Positions 14,709-22,724 of a DNA stretch of 22,724 bases are shown piece by piece. Each line of letters begins with the position of its first letter. Position 1 is the stretch's first letter. The position numbers and the translations under genes are program-made. Below the pieces are notes generated by a model, which was given only the letters and a program-made list of their open reading frames with translations, made no database searches and had not been told where the DNA came from. Source of the DNA: Bdellovibrionia bacterium (lineage in GTDB: Bacteria > Bdellovibrionota > UBA1018). The stretch covers positions 1 to 22,724 of the forward strand of contig JBJMMA010000209.1 in NCBI GenBank assembly GCA_045805065.1. The letters run 5' to 3'.

Positions 14709-17051
14709 ATGCAGGTCGTCAAAAGAGATGGCACCAAAGAAATCGTAAAAATTGAAAAGATTCTCCACGCGGTCAACGAAGCGTGCCGTGGGCTTGAGAA
14801 TGTTGAAGCCATCGAAGTCGCCAAGCGCACGATCAATGGCCTGCATGACGGCAGCACCACTCAGGAACTCGATAATCTTTCGATCTCAAACGCAGTCATG
14901 CTCATGGCTGACGAGCCGAACTACTCCAAAGTGGCAGCTCGCATGCTTTCGGAAGGCATCCGCAAAGAAGTCGGCCGCGACGTCGCCTTCCGTGATTATA
15001 TCCGCACGGCTGCTGAGCACGGACTCCTCGCCTCCAACGTCCTTGAGCTCGCTGAACAAGACCTCAACTCGATCGAGTACGCCATCCGCCACGAGCGCGA
15101 TGACCTTTTCGAATACTTCGGCCTTAAGACCGTGGCAGATCGCTACCTCCTTCGTCACCCAAAAACCCGCAAGCTGATTGAGCGTCCACAATGGCTCTAC
15201 ATGCGCGTGGCTTTGGGTCTTTCTCAGAATGTTTCTGAGGCGATCGAATTCTACGACGTCATGAGCCAGTTCTATTACTCGCCAGCGACGCCTACCCTCT
15301 TTAACTCCGGCACTCGCCATCCTCAGATGAGCTCCTGCTACCTTCTGACGGTTGCCGACGACAGCCTGGAAGGCATCTATAAGTCTTTCGCCGATTGCGC
15401 GATGCTCTCGAAGTTCTCCGGCGGCATCGGCATCGACTGGACGCCTGTGCGCGCTTCGGGTTCCTTGATCCGCGGCACGAACGGTCTCAGCAACGGCATC
15501 ATCCCATTCCTGAAAGTTTTCGACTCTTCCGTTCATGCTGTGAACCAGGGTGGTAAGCGCAAAGGCGCCGCAGCCGTCTACCTTGAGACATGGCACGCTG
15601 ATATCGAGACCTTCCTTGAGCTCAGAAACAACACCGGCGCTGAAGAGCGCAGAACGCACAACCTCAACCTCGCTCTCTGGATCTCCGATCTTTTCATGAA
15701 GCGCGTTGAGACTGACTCTCAATGGTCACTCTTCTCACCAAGCGATGTGCCAGAGCTTCTCAATACTTTTGGCGAAGAGTTCGAAGGCCACTACGAGCGC
15801 TATGAGCGCGAAGGCAAGGCTCTCAAGCAAGTCTCCGCTCGCCAACTCTACGCTCGCATGATGCAGACTCTGGCAGAAACCGGCAACGGCTGGATCTGCT
15901 TCAAGGACAAGGCAAATCTTCGTTCTGCGCAAACCGCAGCTCGCGGAAACGTCATTCACAGCTCCAACCTCTGCACCGAGATCTTGGAAGTGACTTCTGC
16001 TGATCAAACGGCAGTCTGTAACTTGGGAAGCCTCAATCTCTCGTCTTTCGTGAACGCGAACGGCCAGTTCGATTATGAGCGCCTCCGCGTTGTGACCAGG
16101 ACCGCTGTGAAGTTCCTCGATCGCGTCATCGATCTGAACTTCTACCCAACTCCGGAATCCCGCGCTTCGAACCAGAAGTGGCGTCCAGTGGGCTTGGGAG
16201 TCATGGGACTTCAAGACGCGCTCTTCAAGCTTCGCATGCCTTTCACGAGCGATCAGGCAAAGATGGTCTCTGCCAAGATTTCTGAGACGATCTATGAAGT
16301 CGCGATCCGCACCAGCATGGAACTTGCGCAAAAGCATGGCTCCTTCCCTGCATTCAAGGATTCGCGCTACGCTGATGGCCAGCTCCAAGTCCAACTCGCT
16401 CAGAAGTATCAAGCCTTGATGCCTGAGACGACGGTGGATTGGGATCGTCTGGCTCAAGAAGTCCGCCAAAACGGCCTTCGCAACAGCTTGCTCATCGCAG
16501 TTGCTCCTACGGCAACGATCGCTTCCATCATGGGAAGCTATGAGAGCATCGAGCCGCAAGTGGCTAACGTGTTCAAGCGCGAAACGCTCAGCGGCGAGTT
16601 CTTGCAAGTGAACCGCTACCTGATCAATGATCTCAAGCGCATCGGTCTCTGGACCCCAGAAATGCGCGCAAAGATCATTTCGGCCGACGGATCGATTCAA
16701 AACATCGAAGAAATCCCATTGGAAATGCGCGATCTTTACAAGACGGCTTGGGAAATCTCCCAAAAAGACCTGATCGACATGGCAGTCATGCGCTCCGCGT
16801 TCATCTGCCAATCGCAGTCGCTCAATCTTTTCATGGAAGATCCAAACATCGGAAAGCTCTCCTCGATGTACATGTACGCCTGGAAGCAAGGTGTGAAGAC
16901 GACCTATTACCTTCGCTCCCGCGCCCGTACCTCCATCAAGAAGACGACCGTGGAAACGTCAACTGCTGCCGCTCCAAAGCCTGAGTACACGGCAACGGAA
17001 GCAGTGACCTGCTCCCTGGAAAATCCGGCTGCTTGCGAAGCCTGCCAATAA
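14709..17051 (+). CDS. nrdA: Class Ia ribonucleotide reductase alpha subunit
   Basis: ATP-cone VVKRDG, PATPTLFNSG, SSCYL, NQGGKRKGA, SNLCTE, APTAT, QSQSLN, KTTYYLR, C-terminal CEAC; AGGAGG SD. Confidence 0.97.
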   Translation: MQVVKRDGTKEIVKIEKILHAVNEACRGLENVEAIEVAKRTINGLHDGSTTQELDNLSISNAVMLMADEPNYSKVAARMLSEGIRKEVGRDVAFRDYIRTAAEHGLLASNVLELAEQDLNSIEYAIRHERDDLFEYFGLKTVADRYLLRHPKTRKLIERPQWLYMRVALGLSQNVSEAIEFYDVMSQFYYSPATPTLFNSGTRHPQMSSCYLLTVADDSLEGIYKSFADCAMLSKFSGGIGIDWTPVRASGSLIRGTNGLSNGIIPFLKVFDSSVHAVNQGGKRKGAAAVYLETWHADIETFLELRNNTGAEERRTHNLNLALWISDLFMKRVETDSQWSLFSPSDVPELLNTFGEEFEGHYERYEREGKALKQVSARQLYARMMQTLAETGNGWICFKDKANLRSAQTAARGNVIHSSNLCTEILEVTSADQTAVCNLGSLNLSSFVNANGQFDYERLRVVTRTAVKFLDRVIDLNFYPTPESRASNQKWRPVGLGVMGLQDALFKLRMPFTSDQAKMVSAKISETIYEVAIRTSMELAQKHGSFPAFKDSRYADGQLQVQLAQKYQALMPETTVDWDRLAQEVRQNGLRNSLLIAVAPTATIASIMGSYESIEPQVANVFKRETLSGEFLQVNRYLINDLKRIGLWTPEMRAKIISADGSIQNIEEIPLEMRDLYKTAWEISQKDLIDMAVMRSAFICQSQSLNLFMEDPNIGKLSSMYMYAWKQGVKTTYYLRSRARTSIKKTTVETSTAAAPKPEYTATEAVTCSLENPAACEACQ

Positions 17052-17083
17052 GTTTACCGATTAGTTTAAAGGAATAAACAACT

Positions 17084-18091
17084 ATGATTCTAAATCAAGA
17101 ACTCGACTTAAATCTCAGACCGATGAAGTACCCGCAGTTCTTCCAGCTCTATAAGGACTCGATCAAGAACATCTGGACCACCGATGAGCTGGATTTCTCT
17201 GTCGATTTCGAACACCTTCGGGACAAGGTCACTCCTCAGGAAGCGCATTTGATTCGTCGCCTGGTGGCGTTCTTCGCAACCGCGGACAACATCGTGGCGC
17301 ACAACCTCGTTCTGAACTTCTACAAGCATGTGAACTCTCCGGAGTTTCGTATGTTCCTGGGTAAGCAGCTTTTCGACGAAATGCTTCATGTCGAAACCTA
17401 TTTGCTCCTGGTCGACAACTACATCCCAGACCCGGACGAGCGCCGCGAAGCTTTCCAGGCCTTTCAGACCATTCCATCCGTGAAGAAGAAGGCTGACTTC
17501 TGCTTCAAGTACATGGACTCGATCGACAAGCTCGATAAGCTCGACACCGATGAGAAGCGCCGTCAGTTCGTTGAGAACCTGATCTGCTTTGCAGGTTGTG
17601 TTGAAGGGCTCTTTTTCTTCGGATCCTTTGCTTACGTCTACTTCCTCCGCAACAAGGGCCTGCTCCCAGGCCTGGCTGCGGCAACGAACTGGGTCTTCCG
17701 CGACGAAAGCATGCACATCGAAGGCGCTATGGCCGTGATCGATGTGATCCGCAAAGAATATCCAGAGATGTTCGACAAGGCGATGGAAGAGCGTGTCTTC
17801 AAGATGATCGAAGAAGCCATCGAAGTTGAGATGAACTTCTGCGAGGACGCTCTCTCCTTCGGAGTGACTGGCCTTTCGGCAACACTGATGCGCCAGTATC
17901 TGGAATATGTGGCAGATCAGCGCCTGACGCAGCTTGGATTCACCCGCCGTTACATGTCGAAGAACCCATTTGCATTCATGGTTCTTCAAGACGTACAGCC
18001 GCTGACGAACTTCTTTGAAAAGCGCGTGACCGAGTACTCCAAGGGCTTTGAGTCCAAAGGCTCTGCGGTCGTCTTCAACGAAGCGTTCTAA
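17084..18091 (+). CDS. nrdB: Class Ia ribonucleotide reductase beta subunit
   Basis: FFATAD (Asp first ligand), EMLHVETY (radical Tyr), VEG, RDESMH, NFFEKRVTEY. Confidence 0.96.
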   Translation: MILNQELDLNLRPMKYPQFFQLYKDSIKNIWTTDELDFSVDFEHLRDKVTPQEAHLIRRLVAFFATADNIVAHNLVLNFYKHVNSPEFRMFLGKQLFDEMLHVETYLLLVDNYIPDPDERREAFQAFQTIPSVKKKADFCFKYMDSIDKLDKLDTDEKRRQFVENLICFAGCVEGLFFFGSFAYVYFLRNKGLLPGLAAATNWVFRDESMHIEGAMAVIDVIRKEYPEMFDKAMEERVFKMIEEAIEVEMNFCEDALSFGVTGLSATLMRQYLEYVADQRLTQLGFTRRYMSKNPFAFMVLQDVQPLTNFFEKRVTEYSKGFESKGSAVVFNEAF

Positions 18092-18115
18092 ACCTGAATT
18101 GAAAAGTCTGAATCG

Positions 18116-18150
18116 AAAAGGCTGGATAGGAAACTATCCGGCCTTTTTTT
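18116..18150. terminator. Intrinsic terminator of nrdAB, likely bidirectional
   Basis: AAAAGGCTGGATAG-GAAA-CTATCCGGCCTTTTTTT. Confidence 0.9.
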
Positions 18151-18367
18151 CGTCCTCGATCTCATCAGGACTGAAATTTTCACGTCCAACATATCCGCCA
18201 AGTCGATCTTCAATCGACTTCAAGGCATCGAATTCTTGCTGGAGACCGGTCCTGTAATTCAAATCGTCCGTCCGAGAGATTTCGAGTCGAAGATTGCTTG
18301 TATAGTTCTTCAACACCTTTTGAAGCATCCCCGCCTCATTCGAATTTATAAGAAACTTGAATTTCAT
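18134..18367 (-). CDS. Small hypothetical helical protein
   Basis: 77 aa; GGAGG 7 nt before ATG. Confidence 0.7.
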   Translation of the reverse strand: MKFKFLINSNEAGMLQKVLKNYTSNLRLEISRTDDLNYRTGLQQEFDALKSIEDRLGGYVGRENFSPDEIEDEKKAG

Positions 18368-18393
18368 TTCAGTGCCTCCGGCCCAATTGAAGC

Positions 18394-18409
18394 TGCATCG
18401 CGTATGCCG
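18394..18409 (-). promoter_or_regulatory. Candidate sigma-54 promoter
   Basis: Minus strand CGGCATACGCGATGCA, GG-N10-GC, just upstream of the SD of the 18367 gene. Confidence 0.4.
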
Positions 18410-18432
18410 CTCAAGCGAGGAACTGAAAGCGA

Positions 18433-18750
18433 TTACTCGGCCTCTTCAGCGTCTTTATCGGCCTTTTTAGGAGCGGTTTTCTTAGGAGGATTCAGATCAA
18501 ACTGAACTCCTAAGCCCATTGAATTTGCATTGATGGGGCTAAGCGCGGTGGAGGTATTCACTTTGCCATTCTGAGTTGGGTCGGCTGCTTGAACTCCAAC
18601 CGGCTTGGCATGCTTAGGCTCTCCCATTTTTGCTCGCACGTTCCTACCTCCAGGAGCTGCAGGAGAAGGACTTGGAGAAGGCGCCGCAGCAAGCGCGAGG
18701 GCACTCACCGATAAAACTGAAACACAAACCAGCACGTTGAATTTCATCAT
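18433..18750 (-). CDS. Secreted Pro/Ala/Lys-rich low-complexity protein
   Basis: Signal peptide ending ALA, then APSPSPSPAAP. Confidence 0.7.
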   Translation of the reverse strand: MMKFNVLVCVSVLSVSALALAAAPSPSPSPAAPGGRNVRAKMGEPKHAKPVGVQAADPTQNGKVNTSTALSPINANSMGLGVQFDLNPPKKTAPKKADKDAEEAE

Positions 18751-18793
18751 TCTCTCTTAATCTCCCTGACAGCGCCGTCAGCCGCTGAAGCCA

Positions 18794-20842
18794 TTAATTG
18801 CTTAAACAGGATAACAGGGCTTTACCGTACTTTTCGCAAAGCTTAGGCCCTAGACCATGGATCTGAGTCAACTCATCCACCGACCCAGGTTTTTCCGCAG
18901 CAATCGCCCGAAGGACGCGATCACTTAAAATCCTGAAAGCAGGAACCCCTTTTTCGCGGGCTTCCGTGAGCCGCCAGCTTCGAAGCTTCTCAAAAAGTTC
19001 CGCAGCCACCGTATCGCTTTCAGGAGACACATCGGCGCTTGGTCCGGAGTGGCGAGAAGCTTTGGAGGCTTTAGTCGACTTTGACTTCTTGGCTTTCGCA
19101 AAGGTCGACTCGACGATTTCAAGCTCAGCGATATCTTCGCGCGTGGCTTCACTGCCTTTTTGAGTCACGTTAATCTTACGATACGAGATCTGCTTTCCAT
19201 CTTTCTCAAAGGACTCGTCGTGGATCTTGATCCAATGTTCGGAGGCCAGAGTCTTCAGAAGGCGCTCAAACTCAGCACGCTCCAGCTTAGGCTCACTGGA
19301 TTTCAGATCCTCAAAAAGCCGTCCAGCTGCAAAAGAGCCCGACTTTCCAAGCGTTGCCATCAATTGAATGACACGTCTCTGCTCGATTGGACCAATCTTT
19401 CTGCAAGAGCTCAAAAGATGCGCATCGTGCTCAGATCCACAGCGATCGCATAGGCCACACGCTTCAGAGTTACCCGTACGATCACCAAAGTGTTTCAGAA
19501 AGTAAACCATTCGGCAGTTCTGAGACTCAGCAAATGAAACCATCTGCCTCAGCGAATCTTCGCGATGCCCGCGCTGCTTGCGATAAGCGCTCTCCCACTC
19601 CGATGGTCCTAGAGCCACATTCTCTTCCGGGTCAACCAGCGCTCCACCCAGCGCCCAAAGCTTTTCCAGAGCCTTATCAAAGATATCCGCATCGATCTTG
19701 GACAAGCGATCCTGCAGCCAGCGTTTCGGAACCGGCTTGTTGGATAAGAGACGGTGAATCTTTCCAAGCGTGTCGGCTTCCGGATAGTCGCGCTCAAAGA
19801 AAAACTCATGCGTCTTCTGATCTGAAAAGGAGTAAAGCAGAATTGCTTTTGACGGCTTTCCATCACGTCCTGCGCGACCAATCTCCTGATAATAACCTTC
19901 AACGCTTCCGGAAAGGCCCGCGTGAATCACCGTGCGGACATCTGCCTTGTCGATCCCCATTCCAAACGCAACCGTTGCAACAATCACATCGCATTTGCTT
20001 TGAAGGAATCGAGTCTGCACTTTTTCACGCGAATCAGGAGTCATGCCCGCGTGATAGCAATCCGCGCGAAACTCAGTTTTGAGATCCGCGGCGATTTCTT
20101 CCGCGATTTTTCGAGTCGGCGCATACACGATTGCGGGCAGCCTGCCCTCTTCGCGAAGAAGCGTGATGCAAGCACGACCGCGGCTACTGCGAGGCACTTC
20201 ATGAGCTTGGATCGCGATATTGGTCCTGCGGAAGCCTTGAATGAAGCGAGTCGCATTGGGAATCGCAAGCTGTTGAACGATATCATCTTGAACCAGAGGA
20301 GTCGCCGTAGCCGTCAACGCGACAATGGGACAAGGCCTGAGTCCAGCAAGACGCTCACCCAGCTTTCGGTACTCCGGCCTGAAGTCATGTCCCCACTGAG
20401 AGATGCAGTGAGCCTCATCAATCGCGATCAACGCGGGCTTTCGCTTTCCCAGAAGATCGAGAAAGCCAGGCACCGCCAGCCGCTCAGGCGCAACAAACAA
20501 AAAGTCGATCTCGCCTCGCAGATACTCACGACACGCGGCACGTGCCTGCTCGCGCTCGATGCCCGAATGAATTGCAAATGCCCGGAGTCCGCGCTCCTTG
20601 AGCTTTGCGACTTGATCATCAATCAACGCAAGCAGCGGACTGATTACAAGAGTTGCTCCGCCTCGAGCCAGTCCTGGAATCTGATAGCAAAGCGATTTGC
20701 CTGCCCCAGTCGGCATGACCAGAAGAACATCCTGGCCTGCTGAGACAGCCTGGCAGACTGCTTCCTGCGAGGGCCTGAAATCATCAAAACCAAAAACTTT
20801 TCGGAGCAGATCGCGAAGGTTTTGATTCACTGTGGCACTCAT
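18794..20842 (-). CDS. recQ: RecQ family DNA helicase with HRDC domain
   Basis: [57 protein letters not shown], Zn-binding Cys, C-terminal HRDC. Confidence 0.95.
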   Translation of the reverse strand: MSATVNQNLRDLLRKVFGFDDFRPSQEAVCQAVSAGQDVLLVMPTGAGKSLCYQIPGLARGGATLVISPLLALIDDQVAKLKERGLRAFAIHSGIEREQARAACREYLRGEIDFLFVAPERLAVPGFLDLLGKRKPALIAIDEAHCISQWGHDFRPEYRKLGERLAGLRPCPIVALTATATPLVQDDIVQQLAIPNATRFIQGFRRTNIAIQAHEVPRSSRGRACITLLREEGRLPAIVYAPTRKIAEEIAADLKTEFRADCYHAGMTPDSREKVQTRFLQSKCDVIVATVAFGMGIDKADVRTVIHAGLSGSVEGYYQEIGRAGRDGKPSKAILLYSFSDQKTHEFFFERDYPEADTLGKIHRLLSNKPVPKRWLQDRLSKIDADIFDKALEKLWALGGALVDPEENVALGPSEWESAYRKQRGHREDSLRQMVSFAESQNCRMVYFLKHFGDRTGNSEACGLCDRCGSEHDAHLLSSCRKIGPIEQRRVIQLMATLGKSGSFAAGRLFEDLKSSEPKLERAEFERLLKTLASEHWIKIHDESFEKDGKQISYRKINVTQKGSEATREDIAELEIVESTFAKAKKSKSTKASKASRHSGPSADVSPESDTVAAELFEKLRSWRLTEAREKGVPAFRILSDRVLRAIAAEKPGSVDELTQIHGLGPKLCEKYGKALLSCLSN

Positions 20843-20930
20843 GACGAGGAGACATCCTCGTCCGAACGAGTCAAAATGTCCACAGCTGTTTCGCTCTGCT
20901 CCGAAAATCAGACCTAACGACTATTTCCGG

Positions 20931-21236
20931 TTATTTATTTCCGACGTCGTTCAGCTTATCGCCTGCGTCATGAGCGGCATCGCCGGTCGCATGAGCGGCG
21001 TCCTGGCCGGATTTCTTGGCTTTCTTGCTAGCTTTTTTAGAAGATTTTTTAGCCTTCTTGCCGGCCTCTTGAGAGCTTTCCTTAACGTTATCGCCGACTT
21101 TTTTGGAGTCGGATTTTACTGCGTCATCCGTCTTGTAATCATCTGCCAAAGCTCGCGTGGAATGTACAAGAGGAGCAGAGACAAAACTCATAAGAGACAG
21201 ACAGAAGAACGTGCTGAGAAGAGATAGTTTTTTCAT
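20931..21236 (-). CDS. Secreted charged LEA-like small protein
   Basis: MKKLSLL...ALA signal; K/D/A-rich repeats; start revised to 21236. Confidence 0.7.
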   Translation of the reverse strand: MKKLSLLSTFFCLSLMSFVSAPLVHSTRALADDYKTDDAVKSDSKKVGDNVKESSQEAGKKAKKSSKKASKKAKKSGQDAAHATGDAAHDAGDKLNDVGNK

Positions 21237-21261
21237 GAAGGAACGGCTATGCAAAAACCGA

Positions 21262-22215
21262 TCACTTCTCGCTTCCAAATCGGGCCGTAGCGGTAAGCGC
21301 CAGCATCATTGGCGCAGCGCTCAGCTTTTGAACCATCAGCGTGGTATTGCTGTCTTCATATTTGAGCTGACGCGCAAGGAGCGCCCCAATGTCACCGCGC
21401 ACCGAGAAATAATTCGAAACCTCGTAGCCTGCTCCTACGCCGAGTTCAAACGCACGCGCCTTGATTTTCACGCTTGAGTCCGAAGTATCAAAGCGTTGAT
21501 TGTTTGCGATTTCCGATTCAAAGCCCGATGCTTTGAGAAACCCTGCAAAGCTCCACTGATCAACAGGGCGCCAGCTAAATTCCGTGACCACCGGAAGAAT
21601 CGTCGTAAAAGTCCACTCGGACGAAAGTTTCGAAGTGAGTCCTAAAACAGGCACAGGAAAAAAGAAGCCAAAACTCGTCGAGAACGCCGCACCATAGATC
21701 AGCGCTGTGTCTCGATTAAAATGATGAGTTGCTGCGGCGTAAACGCTTGGTACCCAAAGAGAGGCTCCGGATGGGCCTGCTTCGCCTGAATGAGAGATCC
21801 CCGCGCCAAAGAAGTACGCTTCCTGGGATTTTGATAGATGGAATCCGCTCACTCCTACCCCTTGTGTATAAAGAGTCGCGTCCCGATTCACAGCACCCAA
21901 GCCCGAGAGCATTCTGCGATCGAGTTGTGGCTGCACCGAAAACTTCGTGATGCTGAACGTGTCTTTTTCCACATGAACATTGCTGGAGACTTCAAGACTT
22001 CCCTTCAGAGAGAGACTCCGCTCACCATAAGTCCCGTTGCCATCGCCAGCGTTTCGGCTTGGAATCGCATGGGAAGAAAGCGTAGCGCGATAAGGCAGCT
22101 TCTCTTCGGATGGATCAAAATCGAATTCAGCATAAGCCGCTCGCGAGAGCAAACTCAGGGCTCCGATCGTAAGCACAGCAAGCGTCGTCAACGTGGCAGC
22201 CGTTGAGCGCCTCAA
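21262..22215 (-). CDS. Outer-membrane beta-barrel domain (DUF6268-like), in frame with upstream CobB
   Basis: Signal-like LRRSTAATLTTLAVLTIGALSLLSRAAYA, alternating beta strands, FGFFFPVPVLG, terminal strand LTATARF; possible internal TTG start at 22215. Confidence 0.7.
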   Translation of the reverse strand: MRRSTAATLTTLAVLTIGALSLLSRAAYAEFDFDPSEEKLPYRATLSSHAIPSRNAGDGNGTYGERSLSLKGSLEVSSNVHVEKDTFSITKFSVQPQLDRRMLSGLGAVNRDATLYTQGVGVSGFHLSKSQEAYFFGAGISHSGEAGPSGASLWVPSVYAAATHHFNRDTALIYGAAFSTSFGFFFPVPVLGLTSKLSSEWTFTTILPVVTEFSWRPVDQWSFAGFLKASGFESEIANNQRFDTSDSSVKIKARAFELGVGAGYEVSNYFSVRGDIGALLARQLKYEDSNTTLMVQKLSAAPMMLALTATARFGSEK

Positions 22216-22724
22216 GAGTTCCTGAACAAACTTTGGAACTTCCTGACTGGCTGATCCAATGCGATGTTCCTGAAATTCCGTGCTCACCATCGAGGGCTCC
22301 TTATTGATCTCAACGGACTCGGCCCCAGGTCGAATCTGAGACACAAATCCTGCGGCCGGATAAACATTTCCTGAGGTTCCGATCGATATGAAAATCGAGC
22401 AGCGCTCCAGAGCTTCTGAAATCCTCTCCATTTCAAGTGGCATCTCGCCAAACCAGACAATATGAGGACGAAGCGTTCCAGCTTTTTGACAACAAGGACA
22501 AAGGGTTGCAGGTTCAATGGTCTGTGTCCACTCAAAAACCTGCTCGCTCTCCATGCATCTGACCTTCAAAAGCTCACCATGCATGTGAATCAAGTTTTTT
22601 GAGCCCGCGCGCTCATGGAGATCATCGACATTCTGAGTGACCAAAAGAAATTCGCCTGGCCAGTTCTTCTCAAGTTCAGCAAGCGCAAGGTGCGCAGGAT
22701 TCGGTTTGATCTCCGGCGAAAGAA
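22216..22724 (-). CDS. cobB: NAD-dependent protein deacylase (Sir2/CobB), 5' end outside window, no stop before the barrel domain
   Basis: PNPAHLALAELE (hand-translated upstream of the track ORF), VTQNVDDLHERAG, HMHGEL, CPCC, LRPHIVWFGE, IGTSGNVYPAAG. Confidence 0.92.

Noticed and set aside
14886..17989. Long antisense ORFs (278, 384, 293 aa) over nrdA/nrdB
   Set aside because: Shadow frames expected from codon bias of the real genes; no recognisable motifs.
14709..18091. Intein/intron in the RNR genes, or class Ic/Id/Ie beta subunit
   Set aside because: Normal lengths and contiguous motifs; Asp first ligand, radical Tyr and all metal ligands are present.
19387..20743. Plus-strand ORFs (231, 273 aa) over recQ
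   Set aside because: Antisense shadows of a well-supported gene.

Overview
Bacterial chromosomal window of about 50% GC. A Bdellovibrionota-like origin is inferred only from the style of its many small exported proteins and its 7TM-DISM kinase. Recognisable genes are osmC-like and FMN reductase genes, an HU-like gene, a SRAP/YedK gene, outer-membrane and lipoprotein genes, a 7TM-DISM histidine kinase, an azoreductase/LysR pair, a DUF4239-like membrane protein, a signal-peptide-bearing peptidase C26, a class Ia ribonucleotide reductase operon (nrdAB), recQ, and the 3' part of cobB. No CRISPR array, transposase, tRNA or rRNA was seen. Three items stand out. (1) The roughly 420-nt nrdA leader follows tandem NrdR boxes and folds by hand into a nested multi-stem RNA. 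Its closing helix carries the ATG of a 28-codon uORF, MPPPR(GES)6RKGSK, built from a 9-bp tandem repeat. (2) CobB runs in frame, with no stop, into a signal peptide and an outer-membrane beta-barrel. (3) At the left end, a signal-peptide ORF with an LRPP motif near its C-terminus (candidate arrest peptide) is followed by a hairpin-rich spacer and four tandem 28-bp GTAG-hairpin repeats abutting the next gene's SD. All RNA structures were paired by eye and all family calls are from motif recognition, with no database searches.
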